Source: Klebsormidium nitens
Lineage: Eukaryota > Plantae > Klebsormidiophyceae
Assembly: GCA_000708835.1 (NCBI GenBank)
Contig: DF237475.1
Location: 1 to 63,405 of the forward strand
DNA length: 63,405 nucleotides
Reading direction: 5' to 3'
Shown: piece by piece, positions 21,761 to 35,190 of the stretch
Numbering within the stretch: position 1 is the first letter of the stretch
Layout: every line of letters starts with the position of its first letter
The notes under the pieces: generated by a model
What the model was told of the DNA's origin: nothing
Seen by the model: only the letters and a program-made list of their open reading frames with translations
The model's database searches: none
Position numbers and translations under genes: made by a program

Positions 21761-23028
21761 CTGTCTGCTTGCCCGAGGACGTACGTTGTGAGAATCACAA
21801 AGCGATTAACATGGTGCTGCAAAGGACGTACTTCTCAGCCCATTGATTAACCTATCATCGCACGACGTTGACAACAAATGGGTGTTCTATCGCAATTTAA
21901 CTTGATTAGTTTACGTGTCTCACGCATTTTCAACCTCCGCAAAAACACATCTTGCGAAACGGTGGAAGTACGTTTGCCTTGAGAAGCAAGAATTCCTTGT
22001 ATTCCTATTCACTGACCGCGAGACGCGGGACGCTTCCGTCTTCTAAGCAAACGTTTGAGAGAAAGCTATGGGCAACTAATTTACACATTGCTGTCACTCA
22101 GCCCTCGCCTAGCGACTCATTTTAACTCACCAACTTCAAAAGACTTCTCTCTAAACCTCCAGAGTGACCATGTGCCAAGCTGAAGGTCACGTGAGCTTGC
22201 TGGAAGGGCGGGCGCTGTTCTGTACACCGTCCATTTTAGAAAATGTGCGCCTCGTTCTCTGCAAATCACACGAGCGGCACAGGAGTCAAGATAGCCGGAA
22301 GGGATTAAGAGCTGGTTAAAGAGCAACATTGAGCAACACTACGAAACTTTGTGTGGGGGTTTCGAGACGACTCTTGCGAAATTTCGACGACACCATTGCT
22401 CAGGTGCTCTCAGGCGAGCAAAGACTGCGGGGTCACCTCTTGGTTCTGATCATCACTTCTGTATCACATTCTCAAGATATTGGTGACCGATTAGTGACTG
22501 AAACAGCTCTTCATCTTCTTTGGAATCATTCTCAGCCCTTCAAAAATAAAGGGCTGTCAGCTTCACCGCCAGCAAGCTCTCCTAGCCGAAACAAAGGAAG
22601 CCTTTCTTGTTGGTCCCCTTTCAAATGCTACAGTGGTCCATTGCTGCGATTGAAGAATTCTGATTGAGCTCGTCACTGTTTGATGGGCAGTACAGTCCTG
22701 ATCTAAGAAGATTCACCCAAACAACCCACATGATTGGCAGGAGGATCCGCTCCGATCTGGCTTATGGTTTTGCGACAATCGTAATTTGACTGCACCCACA
22801 GCGCAGCACCTGTCAGCCGCTTTGATCGAAGTGACTTCCAGAATAAATACTTCTATTGCGCTAGCGGAAGCTAATCATCAGGGGCATTGTTAGTCAACAC
22901 CTGCAATGGGTCCAGAAGTTTCTGTGCTTTCCGTTTATATTAGACAGCACGAGAGTTTAGCTTCCATCAAAAAAGTGCAAATCTGCCCACTTTGAGGTCC
23001 TGACGAGCTTATGATTAGGCTGCCGGTC

Positions 23029-23412
23029 TCAGCTCGTCTTTCCAGTACTCACCACCCGTTTCATCATTTGGGCCATCAATCTTTGTGCTCCCAGCAGTGG
23101 GCACAAGCGGCAGTGCCCCCCGGCCCTTCTCCTGGCCAGTTCCTCAGAAGACCTCCCCGGGCTCAGCTCAGCGTTACTCTCCGCCACAACTTTCACCCGG
23201 GTTTCCATCCCCGACTCCACATTCCTCTGGGTCATGGTCCTCAAATCTATTAGAAAATGCCACCCATTGAAGGGTCCAATCTTCACTTCCTTCTCGACGT
23301 TCTCCAGCGCCTCTTGAATCTGGTGGGCTGTTTGTGGGTCGTACGCAATCCAGCGCTTGCCGTCCTGCCAGTAGACGCCGGCTGCTGTGGGCGCTGAGGG
23401 AGTGCACGCCAT
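23029..23412 (-). CDS. WWE-domain-containing exon or ORF
   Basis: GVYWQDGKRWIAYDPQTAHQIQEALENVEKEVKIGPFNGWHFLIDLRTMTQRNVESGMETRVKVV follows the WWE pattern (W..W..Y....IE....IDL..M.Q.N..G..R.V). A strong donor (GTG|gtgagt) at 23052 suggests the gene continues, but no further exons were chained. Confidence 0.75.
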   Translation of the reverse strand: MACTPSAPTAAGVYWQDGKRWIAYDPQTAHQIQEALENVEKEVKIGPFNGWHFLIDLRTMTQRNVESGMETRVKVVAESNAELSPGRSSEELARRRAGGHCRLCPLLGAQRLMAQMMKRVVSTGKTS

Positions 23413-25126
23413 TTTGGGCCGACAGATTGATGTGGGAAAGTTCAGCTGCGATCAATCGTTCAGCCCTTGTGGAGAAGCGTTTCGAAAAATGAATGCGAGG
23501 ATGTGAAGGCATCACGACCGAATGCAGGAATGGAGTAGGGATAGAATGCAGCGTCTAATTAAGCTGCGCATGCTTGGCCAGCTGGCCGAACGTCTGACTA
23601 GGCAAGCTGAGTTGCTTTTCCTTTGCAAATTCAAGTGGCACCCCTCCACATTGATCCAAGATGAGCTGAACTTTGAGTGAACTATGAATATGGCGACACT
23701 GCTCTAGCTCGGAGCAGTGGAGGACCGCCCCACTTCTATTCTCCTGCCAGTGGGGGAGTTCCAATAGCACTTCTATGATCTTGCCAACTCCCAAGCTCGG
23801 AATACACTGATTCATTTTGCTTCATTGGTGCGTGCTGCATAATCTTACAACGAGCAAGGCACAGCTGATGTCAACACCTCAGCGCAATACCGAACGAAGC
23901 AGCAGAGAAGCTCGCTTGCGCCTCAAGGTTGGAAAACCCGCTGATGTCGGATCAGAGGATCAGCTCAAAGCACTGGTCCAGTTATACAGTACTACTAGGA
24001 CTAGACTTAGCTACTGATGGGATCATGGGAGAGCTGCATATGACGGGCCCGGTGTTGAACAAGAACCCACGTGGCAGGGAATCCCCCAGATCACGACCGC
24101 CGCCGTAGAACACCCGGCGTTGACACTGGTCAGCATTGGAGTCCTCAACATTGTATCGTAAACAAAATTGCGCCGAAAGCCCGGCGCGCCAACTTGGAAA
24201 ACCGGCACTAGCAGTCTCTGCAAACCCTAGACAGCAGGAACAAGGCAAAGCCCTAAAGCGCGGAAACGTCGCCTGAGGCCCACGAGGGGACATGCAAGCC
24301 CGCATGGCGATCGTCTTGCGAGGATGGCGACTCAGCAAGAAGCGGCATGCTCGACATACGGAACCAGCTCTCTACCACATTAAGTGATGAAAGCAAAATG
24401 CGCGACGCCTGCCAGCTGCTGTAAATCAGAAGCTGCAGAGGAGGACCGTTCTACAATTTACTGAAATTCATTGTACGGCTTATCACGACCTTGAAATACG
24501 ACCCGCCAAACCGTGCTGCCAGCCTGGACAAAGCCGCCATGCTCATTTTGAGGATCATCGTGCCCAATAAAATGCTCACGGCCGGCTCTGCCGAAAATCG
24601 AAATGGGATCCAAGATTTTCCGCATCATCCTGTCGCTCTGACATTGGAGACGGTTGCGTTTAAGAGGGGTTGGGGACATTGGGGCGCCACCGGAAGTGTC
24701 TGTTCAAAGCTAACCCTTGCCAGCTACCTGAAGCTGCCTGCTTCACAAAGGTCAATGCTTTCGTACCCGCAAGCTTTTCCTCCATCATCGCTGTGTTACC
24801 CCTCCTGGCGCCGTGCTAAGCTTTGTTTGCGTGCCGGAGTTGTACCGTGCATGCCCTGCATCAGCCTGCATGAAACCAGTGCTATACTCAGCGGCCGCGT
24901 ATCCTACCCCAAAAAAGAAAGGGAAGTGAGGTCTTCGCCGAAGCGCTTGGTCTGCTGGCTTTGATAGGTGTGGCAGGCCAAGGATACGGCGCGGTGAGTA
25001 AGGAGCACCTCAAAACCGTACCAGGTCATCAATTGTCATGGGCGCAAAGACGTGAACGCAGCCGCCTTGAGGGGAGTCAGTCAGGGGCCTCAATCTGACG
25101 GATCAGAAGGTGGAAAGGAGGGCAGG

Positions 25127-28100
25127 ATGCATCGAGGGATTTTTTCGCGGTGCAGGCCCCTCCCCCCAGCGCTCTTCCTCCTTGTCTCTCTAGCTTTCGC
25201 CGGCGCCCAAGTAGCGCTTCCTCAAGAAGCCAATGAACGGACGCTCCAAACGGACGCCCGAACGTCCCTTTTGAAGGACACCAGCAAAGCTCTGGTGTCC
25301 GTTTCGGACGCCCTTTTCCCCCTCTTCCCGACAGCGCCCTCTGTCGAACCATGCAACTCATCTCTGGCACAGATCGAGCAAGCTCTGCATGCTTATGGGC
25401 TTCCGCATGCTTATGGCGGCCGCCGCCGGCTTATCTCGGACGTCCTGCGCCAGGCGGAGTTCGGCAATCTGACCACAAACACGTCCGAAGCGCCCCCGCT
25501 GATCAGCGGGAGGTATTTCGTGGACGGAGTGTGGGGTTACATCATGGGCGTGATCTGGCTGATCCTGGGAGCGTTCTTTCTGTGCCTGTGGGGGTCCTGC
25601 AAGCTGGTGAGGGAACCCCCCTGTCTCACGACCAATGAAAGCTATGTCGGTCGGTTGATCCCATTTCAGATGGCTGGAAGGACAGTGCTTCAGGAAATGA
25701 GTTTAAACGCAAACTCGTGATTCAGCTTAGAAATGGATAAGAGCAGTCGAACCTTGAGGTAATCCACCTCGGACTAGAATTCCGTATACGTACCAGTAAG
25801 GTAGGTTTGCCAAGCTCTGCTGGCTTATGAGAACTTAAGATATGGTTCGGCAAAGGGTTAGGTACGTACATGTAACTGCATTCTGATGTTAACGCGATAT
25901 ACACCAGATTGTCTGTCAACCGATGCCTTCACTGCCCGCAATTCCTCTTACAAGTGTCCCAACGCTGCTTGACCCACCCAATGAGTTGCATCAAGCGTCG
26001 CGGAAAAAGGGCCTGATTTGCCATCTCGAGTATCTGATACAAGGGATCTAGAGGCTTCCTTGGAGCACAACCCGTGATCTTGCCGTTTGAGAAGTCGCTC
26101 AAGCGAAAAGACGTTTATGTTTAGGCTAGCCAGCAGCGGGACGTATCTACAGAAGCAGCTCTAAGCATACCTGATTGAATTGGTCAATTCCGTGCAATTA
26201 AGGTATTCGGTCAAGGTTCGGCTCTTGAAAGCCGAGAGTACTGACTTTGGATCATTTTCACTGTGTCAGCTCAAGAAGATGCCTAGGTGGATCAAGAACA
26301 TGGTGCTAGGAAAGGAAGGTGAGGCGGCAAGACTTCCTGAGAAGGTGACCAACTTGCTGATTGTTTCTCACTCACGATTCAGCACCGGAGTAAGGCTCGC
26401 TTTCGACAGAGATATTACATAGCAGATTGGGTGTGCAGGCTCGATTCGAGGGGTTTGACCTTCAGTTCTTTTACTCCATCGATAACGGAAGATGCCGGTA
26501 TCAGAGCTCTAGGATAGATAAGCGTTGTCTTTCCTTGCGTATCGTCAGCGCTCTCTCTTACACTCTTTGTGATCTCCGGACCAGAAGGCCGTGCCGATTG
26601 GCATCGTCTTCCTCGCCACCTGGCTTGAACTCAAACCACCAATTCCCACGCTGCTCCGTTCTAAACGGGTTTCGGTAACAAGCACCGCACAAGGCAAATG
26701 ATCAGGCAGATTGCAAGATTAAGACCTCAGTCCCCGACGAAAAGGACACGCACTCAGAACAATATGGTGAAAAGAAGTTCGAAACTGTTGGAAACCGAGC
26801 GTAAACCTCTGAAAGTATGCTCTCGCAGAGCCCACGATCCCATCAACGCTCGCGCTGGCGATATTCAACGCGCTCACGTTTCTGGCGCTCTTCGCGGCCA
26901 TCGTCGGAGTCGGCCTCGCGTACGGCGCTAACCCGAAAACGTTCACTGTAAGACCTCACTCGGACTAATCTGAAACGGAAGTTGAGAACCACTTTGTCTG
27001 AGTCAACGCTAGAGATTTTAAGTCGCAAAACCCTGTTGGAAAACTGAGGCAGAAAATCATAGGAATAGGGTACCTGGTTTGTTTGCGAGTCACTGTCTTT
27101 CCGGACCATCTTTGCTTGCACTCGAACTCACGAGAGCAGAACAGGAACAGACAAGGACTTTCGTAGCGTAATTTGCAAACATCAGTTCTGCCTTCTTCAC
27201 AGGAGTTGTGAATTGATCCCGGTTTCTCCACTCGAGTGGCTTTGTATCCTGTCTGACGGTCTTCTTTTTTTTAACCCACTCTGGCAGACATATCACCAAT
27301 TCGATCGCCGCGCACGACAACTCCTCGACAAGACCGCGAACGAGACGGCAAATGCAGCGAGCGCGTTCAACAACGCGAGCGCGGTCTTCGCCACGCTGCC
27401 GCCTCAGGCAAGGTTCCAATATTCGAGGAATGAACACTTCAGCATCTAGAATACTCGTTGTCGAGGATCAGAGGGTTGAAGTTTGGAGGTTTTGAAATCT
27501 GAGCTGCATTACTTCCAGCGGACTCAAAACAATTGTTGCGGCAGGGTCCGAGAACCTAACACTATAAGTCCTACAGTACTTGCAAAGAGTTTTTTTTTCT
27601 ACTGCCCGACAGATGCGGTGCTTATGGGGTCTCTGGTCCATGCGCCGGTCGGTATCGACATATCACGGAGATGGCCCATTTTACAAGTGTTTCTTGTCTT
27701 TTGTAATAAATAGCGTCGAAGGCCCAAGCGCACAAAAGCACCACCTCGATGCTGAAAAAGTCGTCGACTGAGCTTCGATTCCGGTGCCGACAAGCGATCT
27801 GATAGACCCCTCTTCGAAGAATCATTTCAACTACGAATGTTCTAGAATAGCGTGAAAACAGCGTGTTATTTCCTATTCTGTCCTTGTAAGGAGCATTTCC
27901 TGGTTTCACGGTGTGCAGGTACTCGGGCGCGTCGGAGGGGAGGCTATTCCGGCGGCGCTGCGGAAGTGAGTCGCGCGATTGTCAGCTGGCACGCAAATAT
28001 GCGAAGCGGTGACGGGTCCTTTCTGGATGACTGGAAGTCGGCATCGATCACAACGATTCTGTTAATCTTGCGCTTGACTCTGATTGCCGATGATTCCGGG

Positions 28101-30883
28101 AATGGGCCGATACAGAAGCTCAGATGAAGGATTAAGCACTACCTAAGAAGGATTCTTCTTTCAGGGGTAGGTTCGCTTCCTTAGATATTTCTGTCGTGGT
28201 AAACATGACTGTTTGACGTAACTGTCTGACGGTGCAGCGCTTCTTTGGCACTCGGATCAATCACCGGCGAAATACTAGGTACCGCCAAGCACGACCTGGA
28301 TATCGTGAGTGTGACCTCACCCTTTGCAAACGATGTTTCGAACGGGCATCAGTCGGCTTTCTCACATTCTGAGTAATTAACGCCCTTGTTTGCGAGCTGC
28401 CGTTCTTTGGAGGTCTGATGGTTCTCCGTTGGTAACAGCGCGCATGCTCTGCGCTCTAAAATTGCGAAAGAAGAATAGAGAATTGCAAACGACTCAACGA
28501 CAGCCGATCACACAATCTCCACTACCTCAACCATTGATCCCCCAGCCCGTTGTAACGAACTTTCCCACTCATAATATTCGCTCTTGGAGACCAGTCAATG
28601 TTCGAAGTGCGCCCTCGTCCGTCCTTTCGCTCTCTCAGCCTCGATCTGACCTATCTTCCTTTTCCGCTCACGTTCCGTTTCCGTCCCACGTCATGCCCGC
28701 GCGCGCAGATCTACGACCTGGTGCTCGCGCTCTACATCACGATCTACATCCTGATCTCGCTCATCCTGCTGACGCTGCTCGGTGAGGTCGTCGCGTTCGC
28801 GGCCGCGTCGCCGCGGCTCATGGGCGCGCTCATGATCGCGCACTGGCTGCTCACGGCGTGGCTGTGGATCTGGGTGGGCCTGGCGTTCGACGCGAGCCAG
28901 GTGTTCAAGGGGGAGTGCAGGATCCTCAAACGTGAGCAAAAGGCGATCAAGGTGGTATTTTCGAAGTGTTGGAATGCGAGATTCTGAGGGGCTTTCGCCG
29001 ATTGCTGCTCCGGTCGGTAATTTCACCGGTGTCCAGCGGTCTCCTGAACTAGAGTAAAAGATTGTTGTTTTTTGGTGGCATCAAAGCGAAGGTCGAAAGA
29101 ACAAAATCCTCTCGACCCTCAATTTAGGGACCTTTGGAGCTAGCAATAGAGTGCGACTTTGCGTTCGATCGAGCAGCTTGAAAGCACCAGGCGACGTGGT
29201 GGAAGCTGACGCCAGCAGTCAGTGAAACGCGCTTCCAGATCGGTCCCGTTAGGCAACGCCTGTATTCTTCACCATTCACGTTATAGCCAAGGCAGCTGAC
29301 TGCGCGCTGCGCTCGCGCGGCCGCGCAGATTACCTGGAGGACCCGGCCAACACCAACAACGCGCTCGGCGCGCGCCTCCCGTGCGGGCGGCTGCAGTTGG
29401 CGCAGCAGCTGTTCCTGACCGGGGAGCAGGACGCCAGCAACGTGACCGCGCAGATCAACAACCAAGTGCTGCCCCTGGTGAGCCCCTCGGGAGAAGCAAC
29501 CGGGGGAGCTTTTCCATCGTCGGAAATTTTGAGTCTTGAAGTTTTGAGTCTTGATCTGTTGCACTTTGCGAGTCAAGCACGGGGAAAACTGAAGAGGAAG
29601 GAAAGAACAGACTCAGACAGTTGTCAAATGAAGGAGTTACAGTAAGCTCCGATTCCGGTTCCGAAGGTCGGCGATTTGCACTTTAAAGGGACAGAACGTA
29701 ATTCTTTCGGAGTGTTCCTGGTCAAGGCCACGCTGTCACGTACACACTGGTGTTTCGTTATGACTGTACTCCGTCGTTGCGCTTCAAGCCTCTCCGAATG
29801 GTGGGCTCTGCCGCGAGTTCGACAACTATTCCAAGAAAGACTTTCGGCCGTGTCTCATAGAGGTCTAACACAATTCACACATTCCGCGACTAACAAACCA
29901 AGAAAACCTTTGTCTTTGCATCTTGATGTCAAGCTTTGCTCTGAATGCAGGCACGCGCTTTGGCGGCGAACTCGAACGTGACGGCCGCGGTCCCCCCGCC
30001 GCTGTGCGACCCGTTCGCCAACGTGACCACCCCCCCGGGGTGCGTACCGGCCGACACCTTCATCCCCCAGGCTGTCGCCTTCTACCGGGAGCTGGCGGCC
30101 AAAAACCCGGGGATCGTGCAGATCATAGGGCTGAACCCGGATCAGGTCGAGCTGCTGGGAAACGCCACGCTGGGCGTGCTGCGCGTAAGAAAGACGCCCT
30201 GAATTGTGAACGCACCTGTTGCTTTGGCTCGTTTGGTCTTACAAAATGCAAGGTCTAAGACATCGACGCACGTCACTTTGCGTAGATGTATTGACAATTC
30301 CGAAGCTCTCGAGCGCGACGAGAACCGCCCATGAAGCACTCGCTGGCGGTCGATTTGATGCCAATCGTGTGCACCTGTTACAAAAAGAATTCCTACGGCT
30401 ACACTGCGGCTATTGCAGTCTACGAGATCCACTCAACCGCGAGCAGCGTCTCCTGTCAGGATGGTTCTGGTACCCGAAAAAGTTGGTCTTCTCCTCTAGT
30501 CTTTCCTTATTGTCCCCCTCTATACGCGGAAAAGTGATCGCTATCCGTCGGCGTATCTCAAAAGAAACTCTCTTACCAAAACCACAGTCACTTCGCAAAT
30601 TGCCGGCTGAACCAGGACGTTTTCGTGCTTCTCGCAGGTCATCCCCGACCTGCAAGACTTGCTGTTCTGCACGTCCATCTTCGCAACACTAAACGGCATC
30701 AGCCAGCACCAGTGCCACACGATCCGCTGGGCGAGCAACCTGCTGTGGTCGTCGCTCGTGGTCTGCGCCGCGGGCATGATGCCGCTCCAGCTGCTCGGCT
30801 GGTACTGGATCCGCTACATGGAGGCCGTCCGCAAGGAGGAAGGTGCGCGCGCGCAGGACGTCCGAAAAAGCGGCCGCCGCTAG
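25127..30883 (+). CDS. Plant Tweety-like multi-pass membrane protein (At1g71110/At2g12400-type family), 10 exons, about 577 aa
   Basis: Exons 25127-25606, 26270-26318, 26829-26947, 27288-27407, 27919-27965, 28238-28304, 28709-28931, 29329-29477, 29951-30184 and 30638-30883 total 1734 nt in frame. The protein has a signal peptide, five hydrophobic segments and many N-x-S/T sites. Motifs include DPANTNNALGARLPC, PPLCDPF and LQDLLFC...QHQCHTIR. The family assignment is from recalled motifs. Confidence 0.82.
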
Positions 30884-32361
30884 TTGCTTCATTTGGGAGC
30901 AGATCTATGGTCATGAATCGGTTTCAAATTTGAATCTGGGAAGGCATTGAGACCTGGACGTACGCATGAGGTGCAGTTGCCAGTAACGAGTGTCCGTAGC
31001 ACGAGTCTCGGCCACGTACCGTATATTCTTTTGCTGGTTAGACGGGGTGCCGAGCCATTCAGCAGTAAGTCCGACCGGGAGCTTGCGTCTCACTATACTC
31101 TCTCGAGAGGAGTCTTCCTCAGTGTCCCCCGTTAAATACTCTCTTTGAAGCGCATGACATCATCTCACTGCAACGTTGCATTTTATTCTGCCCAGAGATC
31201 CTGGCGAAGGCCCCTGTGGGAGCCTACAGAGCACCGGCAAGCTCCGTGGACGGAGGGTCCTAACTGGCAGCAACACGGGGGCCGTTTCATATAAACGTAG
31301 AGCATTCTGCACTGGCTTGATAAGTGTGGGGCGCGCAAGAGGAACTGTAATCCGGCTCGTCCGCGAAAAGGCCTGGGACCGGGCCGTGGCACTAATTCAG
31401 TGCGCGGAAGGTTGGGGTTCAGATTAGGTGTCGCCCTTTACGTCGTGACAGTTAGGTGGTCAGGAGGAGGACCTCAAACCCGCCAGCATATCAACGGCTT
31501 GTAGACATCTTTCCTGAGTACGGGCCTGAGCCACTATGTTGCATTACGTAGCTGTAACGCTTCGCATGGGGGCAGACTGTGCAAGAAAGTGACGACGAAC
31601 GTCCCTTGAACGGATGCAAATGCTCAACCGCAGTGAGTCGGAGACCAAAGCCGGCCCCCGGGCTTGCGTGCTCAAACATCATCAACAGCTTCAGTCTCAG
31701 CTTGATACCAAAATATGCATGAACCGATTTACTTCAACTAGGTCCGGCCTCTCATGGTGTCATTTCGAATATGGGCGATATCTCAATTAGTAAGAATATC
31801 ACGTCAATGAATACAAGTAAATGTATATACCTTCTAACTTAGGCATGCGCTTTTGGGATGCTCACAAATTTGATACCCGGCAGACTTCGCAATCGATCGA
31901 ATAAGCTAATCAGGCTGGCTATATGTATCCGGCCAATGATTCCAGGTAGTACCGTCGCAACTTGACAATGTTCATGAACCTATTCGAAGCGTTCAGCCAA
32001 TAACGGCAAGCATTTGGCATAGGTACTTCTGCATATAGTTGTACGGATGTACACCGCTAGTTCCTTGTACCTCTACATTGAATGTTTTATGTTTGCGTGT
32101 GTACAAGCTCTGGAGGCCGGCCATAGATGGTATAAAGCAACGCAGCGGGCATCATACATGAGGTGTCGCGTCGAGCTGTGGGCATTCGGATCGACAGATT
32201 TGAAGTCATATGGAAGTAACGATATACTGACTTGCGTACTTCCTACATCATATCCTGTGAGCATGACGCTAATCCAACCCTCGCGAAGGTTCTGGTGTCT
32301 GCACGTCGCAACTTCTCGAGGGGTTGTTAATCCTCGTACACTTCTGCAGCTTAGCAGGTCT

Positions 32362-34355
32362 TTACCTGGTCACTCCTCCTTCTGTTGTTACCGCGTAATT
32401 GGGGATTGTCCTGACCATGACCGGCTTGGCGTGGCAGTGGATCTTGTGCGTCCTCCAATGGAGTTTCTGATGCTCCCTTCTGCATGAGAGATTGGCGCTG
32501 CCAGCTGGTCTTGCAGAATCAATGACTATCAGCTACGGAAAGGAAGCAAGATAGAAAACTCTCCAATCACTGCTGTCAACTGTCCTCTGGGAGAAACGAA
32601 AATTCGGATCAAGTTTGCATCATATCCAGTGGAAAGACAATAACCTTCGATACTCAAGTATTGCAGCTACTGGACTATTGTAGTGTCCGAACATTGATTG
32701 CAATGTTATGCATCTTGCTGTGCTGCAAAGTGGTCGCCGTGCACCATTCACCATTAAGTACAACTAGTCAATCCACGATCGTAGTACAGCCCTTGAGCTC
32801 GTCAACTGCCGTCACCAGAACATAGTAATTCTTAGACGACACAACGTGTCATCAACAACAAAGTTCAAGAAGTTGGCAGCGAGAAATGCGCTTTTGCGCT
32901 GCCTGTGACTGGCCTTATACCCGCTTTTGAATAAGAGCCCCTTCTTCATTATGCCCCTGTGAATTCGCGGAAGCGTAGATTACAAATGTGGGAACATAAA
33001 AGAGAGAGATGATGTATAAATATTGCTTACCTGCAGTAGCGAGCTACTCCGCACTTGGCACACCTGCTGAAAGCCCCTGGGTGTGGCTCGGGTGCCTCTG
33101 TGCACAGGTTCCAGGAGCATACAGTCCTCATCGGTGGGGCATGAGTCACTGTGTACCTCTTCATGATTGTCCAGATCTCTTCTGGGAAATAGCTCCGAGA
33201 CAGTGGCTCTGGGCAAGTAGGCAACCCAACATCTGGTAGCGGCTCCCTCAACAGTCTTGCTCTGATGTAAGCAAAAGGTCCGAACTCTGGTTGCACGGCG
33301 TTGATGACGAGCTTGTGAGCTTTGAGAGAGGACAGAGCATCGATCTGCCTCAACCTCTGCAAGGCAGCTTCGCTCTCCACCAGTCGAATGATTGCCACAT
33401 TGCATCTGAATGCTGGACAACCTACCCGCTCAGATATCTGCTTCAGAGAAATGAGGTTTGAGATCTCGCGCCTGTGCGTGCTCTCATAGATTGCAGAGAT
33501 GACCCGGAGCAATCCGCTGTCAATCGCCCATGTTTGGCTGTCTGTATAGAGTGCGAGCGATGCGACGATGCTGGATACAAGAAGTCTCAGCTCGCAAATA
33601 TTTTCAGTATCACGAAGCCTTTTAGCAAGCTTCTTTGTAAAAACGCAAGCAAAGCCCTCAAAGATGTCTTCCAGATTTGAGAGGTGCTTCATAGTCTCCC
33701 TGCAAACCTTTGAGCTCTTCATAAAGTGGACAAAGCCGACCAGGCCCAAACGCAAGAAAAACTGCGTCAAGTCAGGGTTTGCTTTATGCTCTTGAGAAGA
33801 AAGCCTTCCGAGTCCTTGCCTGAAATTGAACGCAAACTCCTGAGCGAGCGTTTGAGCGGCTGCACAATCTCTGACTAGGCATTCCACCACAACTTTGCTG
33901 TCTGCCAGCCTGACAAGCGCCAAGCTGCTTGGGACCATAAGGGTTCTGTTGTCTGACACTGCATTGTTTTCTTCAGTATAGTTCTGCTCGGCATCGACAA
34001 TTCCTTCAGAAACACTGCACTCGTCCATTATTTGAGCTGGCAGTGCCCCCCCATCTTCTTGAGAAGGACTTTGCTCGCTGTCGTCAAAGACCGCATACTC
34101 CCTGCTGCCTGGATGCCTTGGAGCTTCTGCAATCCTCCCAAATAGCACCTTCAAGCAGGCTCCTCCTTGGAATGCAGCCAGCTCTTGCGCTTTCCTGGCG
34201 AACTCTGGTTCTGCATCCTCCTCATGCGCGTCCTTCACCATTTTGTAACCCCTTAGGACTTCGCGGTTGTGATTAGACATCAAAAGAGAGGTGCACAGCT
34301 CTACAAAAGCGTTGCACGTGGAATCCGCCATTATTTGCTGTCTCTGCCTGCCCAC
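32362..34355 (-). CDS. MYND-type zinc-finger protein; 5' end unresolved (probably about 34.6 kb)
   Basis: Exon 34355-33031 splices (AG|gtaag ... catgcag|A) to exon 32479-32362. This gives CSWNLC-x13-CAKCGVARYCRREHQKLHWRTHKIHC, a C-terminal MYND finger following a helical region. Confidence 0.85.
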
Positions 34356-35190
34356 CTTTGAGTTAGCGGGAAAAGTCTTCTCGACTATCTATGATGCATA
34401 CGCCGAACTCACAGCGAAGTTGCTCAAGCGCTTCAAAGGTACCTACAAATCGTTCACAGCAGCTGTTGGCTTGCATCGCCGCCCGACCCCTCCTGCATTC
34501 CTTGCCCCTGAAATTTAGGACCTAAAGTCTGATGTCGCAATGAAGTTGAGCTGTTTTGCCACGAGCTCCACGGGAGCTCCACACAAAGTTTGCTCACTGC
34601 GGCCCCTTCACTGTCAGGTTTGCGGCTCGACACTTTTGCCATTGGCGCCAATTTTGAACTCGCTCTCCGCCAGGTTGAGTCCACGTGGCCCTTCAATTGA
34701 ACACGCGCGGCGCGCGGGGGTTGAAATGGACTAGCGTCGGCGGAGATGCATCTCGTTGAAGAGGTTGGGACGTGTACACGCCGCGCGCGCATTGTCATCA
34801 ACTCCGGCCCGGGTCTGCAGTCAGACTCAAACGCCTTTTGAAATTGTAGCAGCACTAGCATGTTCTGAGATGTCACGGGGTCGAGGAGCGCCTCGCCAGA
34901 GGGCTTCTAATCTAATAGTATTACATAGTGCATTGAGCTGATGAACATTGCATTCAGAAGGAGCGCAGAGCTCAGTGATCGCCTCATGGCCTACTAGCAT
35001 CATGGGCGAGATCGCACGGAAGTGGTGGCTCATGAGCTGCTGCAAGATTGCGGCAGGTCGCACATGTACACGCGGCGCATTTAGCGAGTGGTATGCAGAG
35101 GTGTCTTGGATAGAAGACGTCTGAGCTCCATGCACTTGTCCTAGGAGATGAGCCAATTAAGCTTCCAAGCAGCTGTCAGTAGTTGCAACC

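Noticed and set aside
13477-23412. A single WWE plus RING (RNF146/Deltex-like) gene
   Set aside because: No open, phase-compatible exons could be chained across 22.3-23.0 kb, and ATG 20242 has its own good start context. Long-read cDNA could revive the idea.
30900-32300. Short Cys-rich and other ORFs between the Tweety-like and MYND genes
   Set aside because: No recognisable domain and no chainable splice sites were found, so the region was treated as UTR or intergenic.
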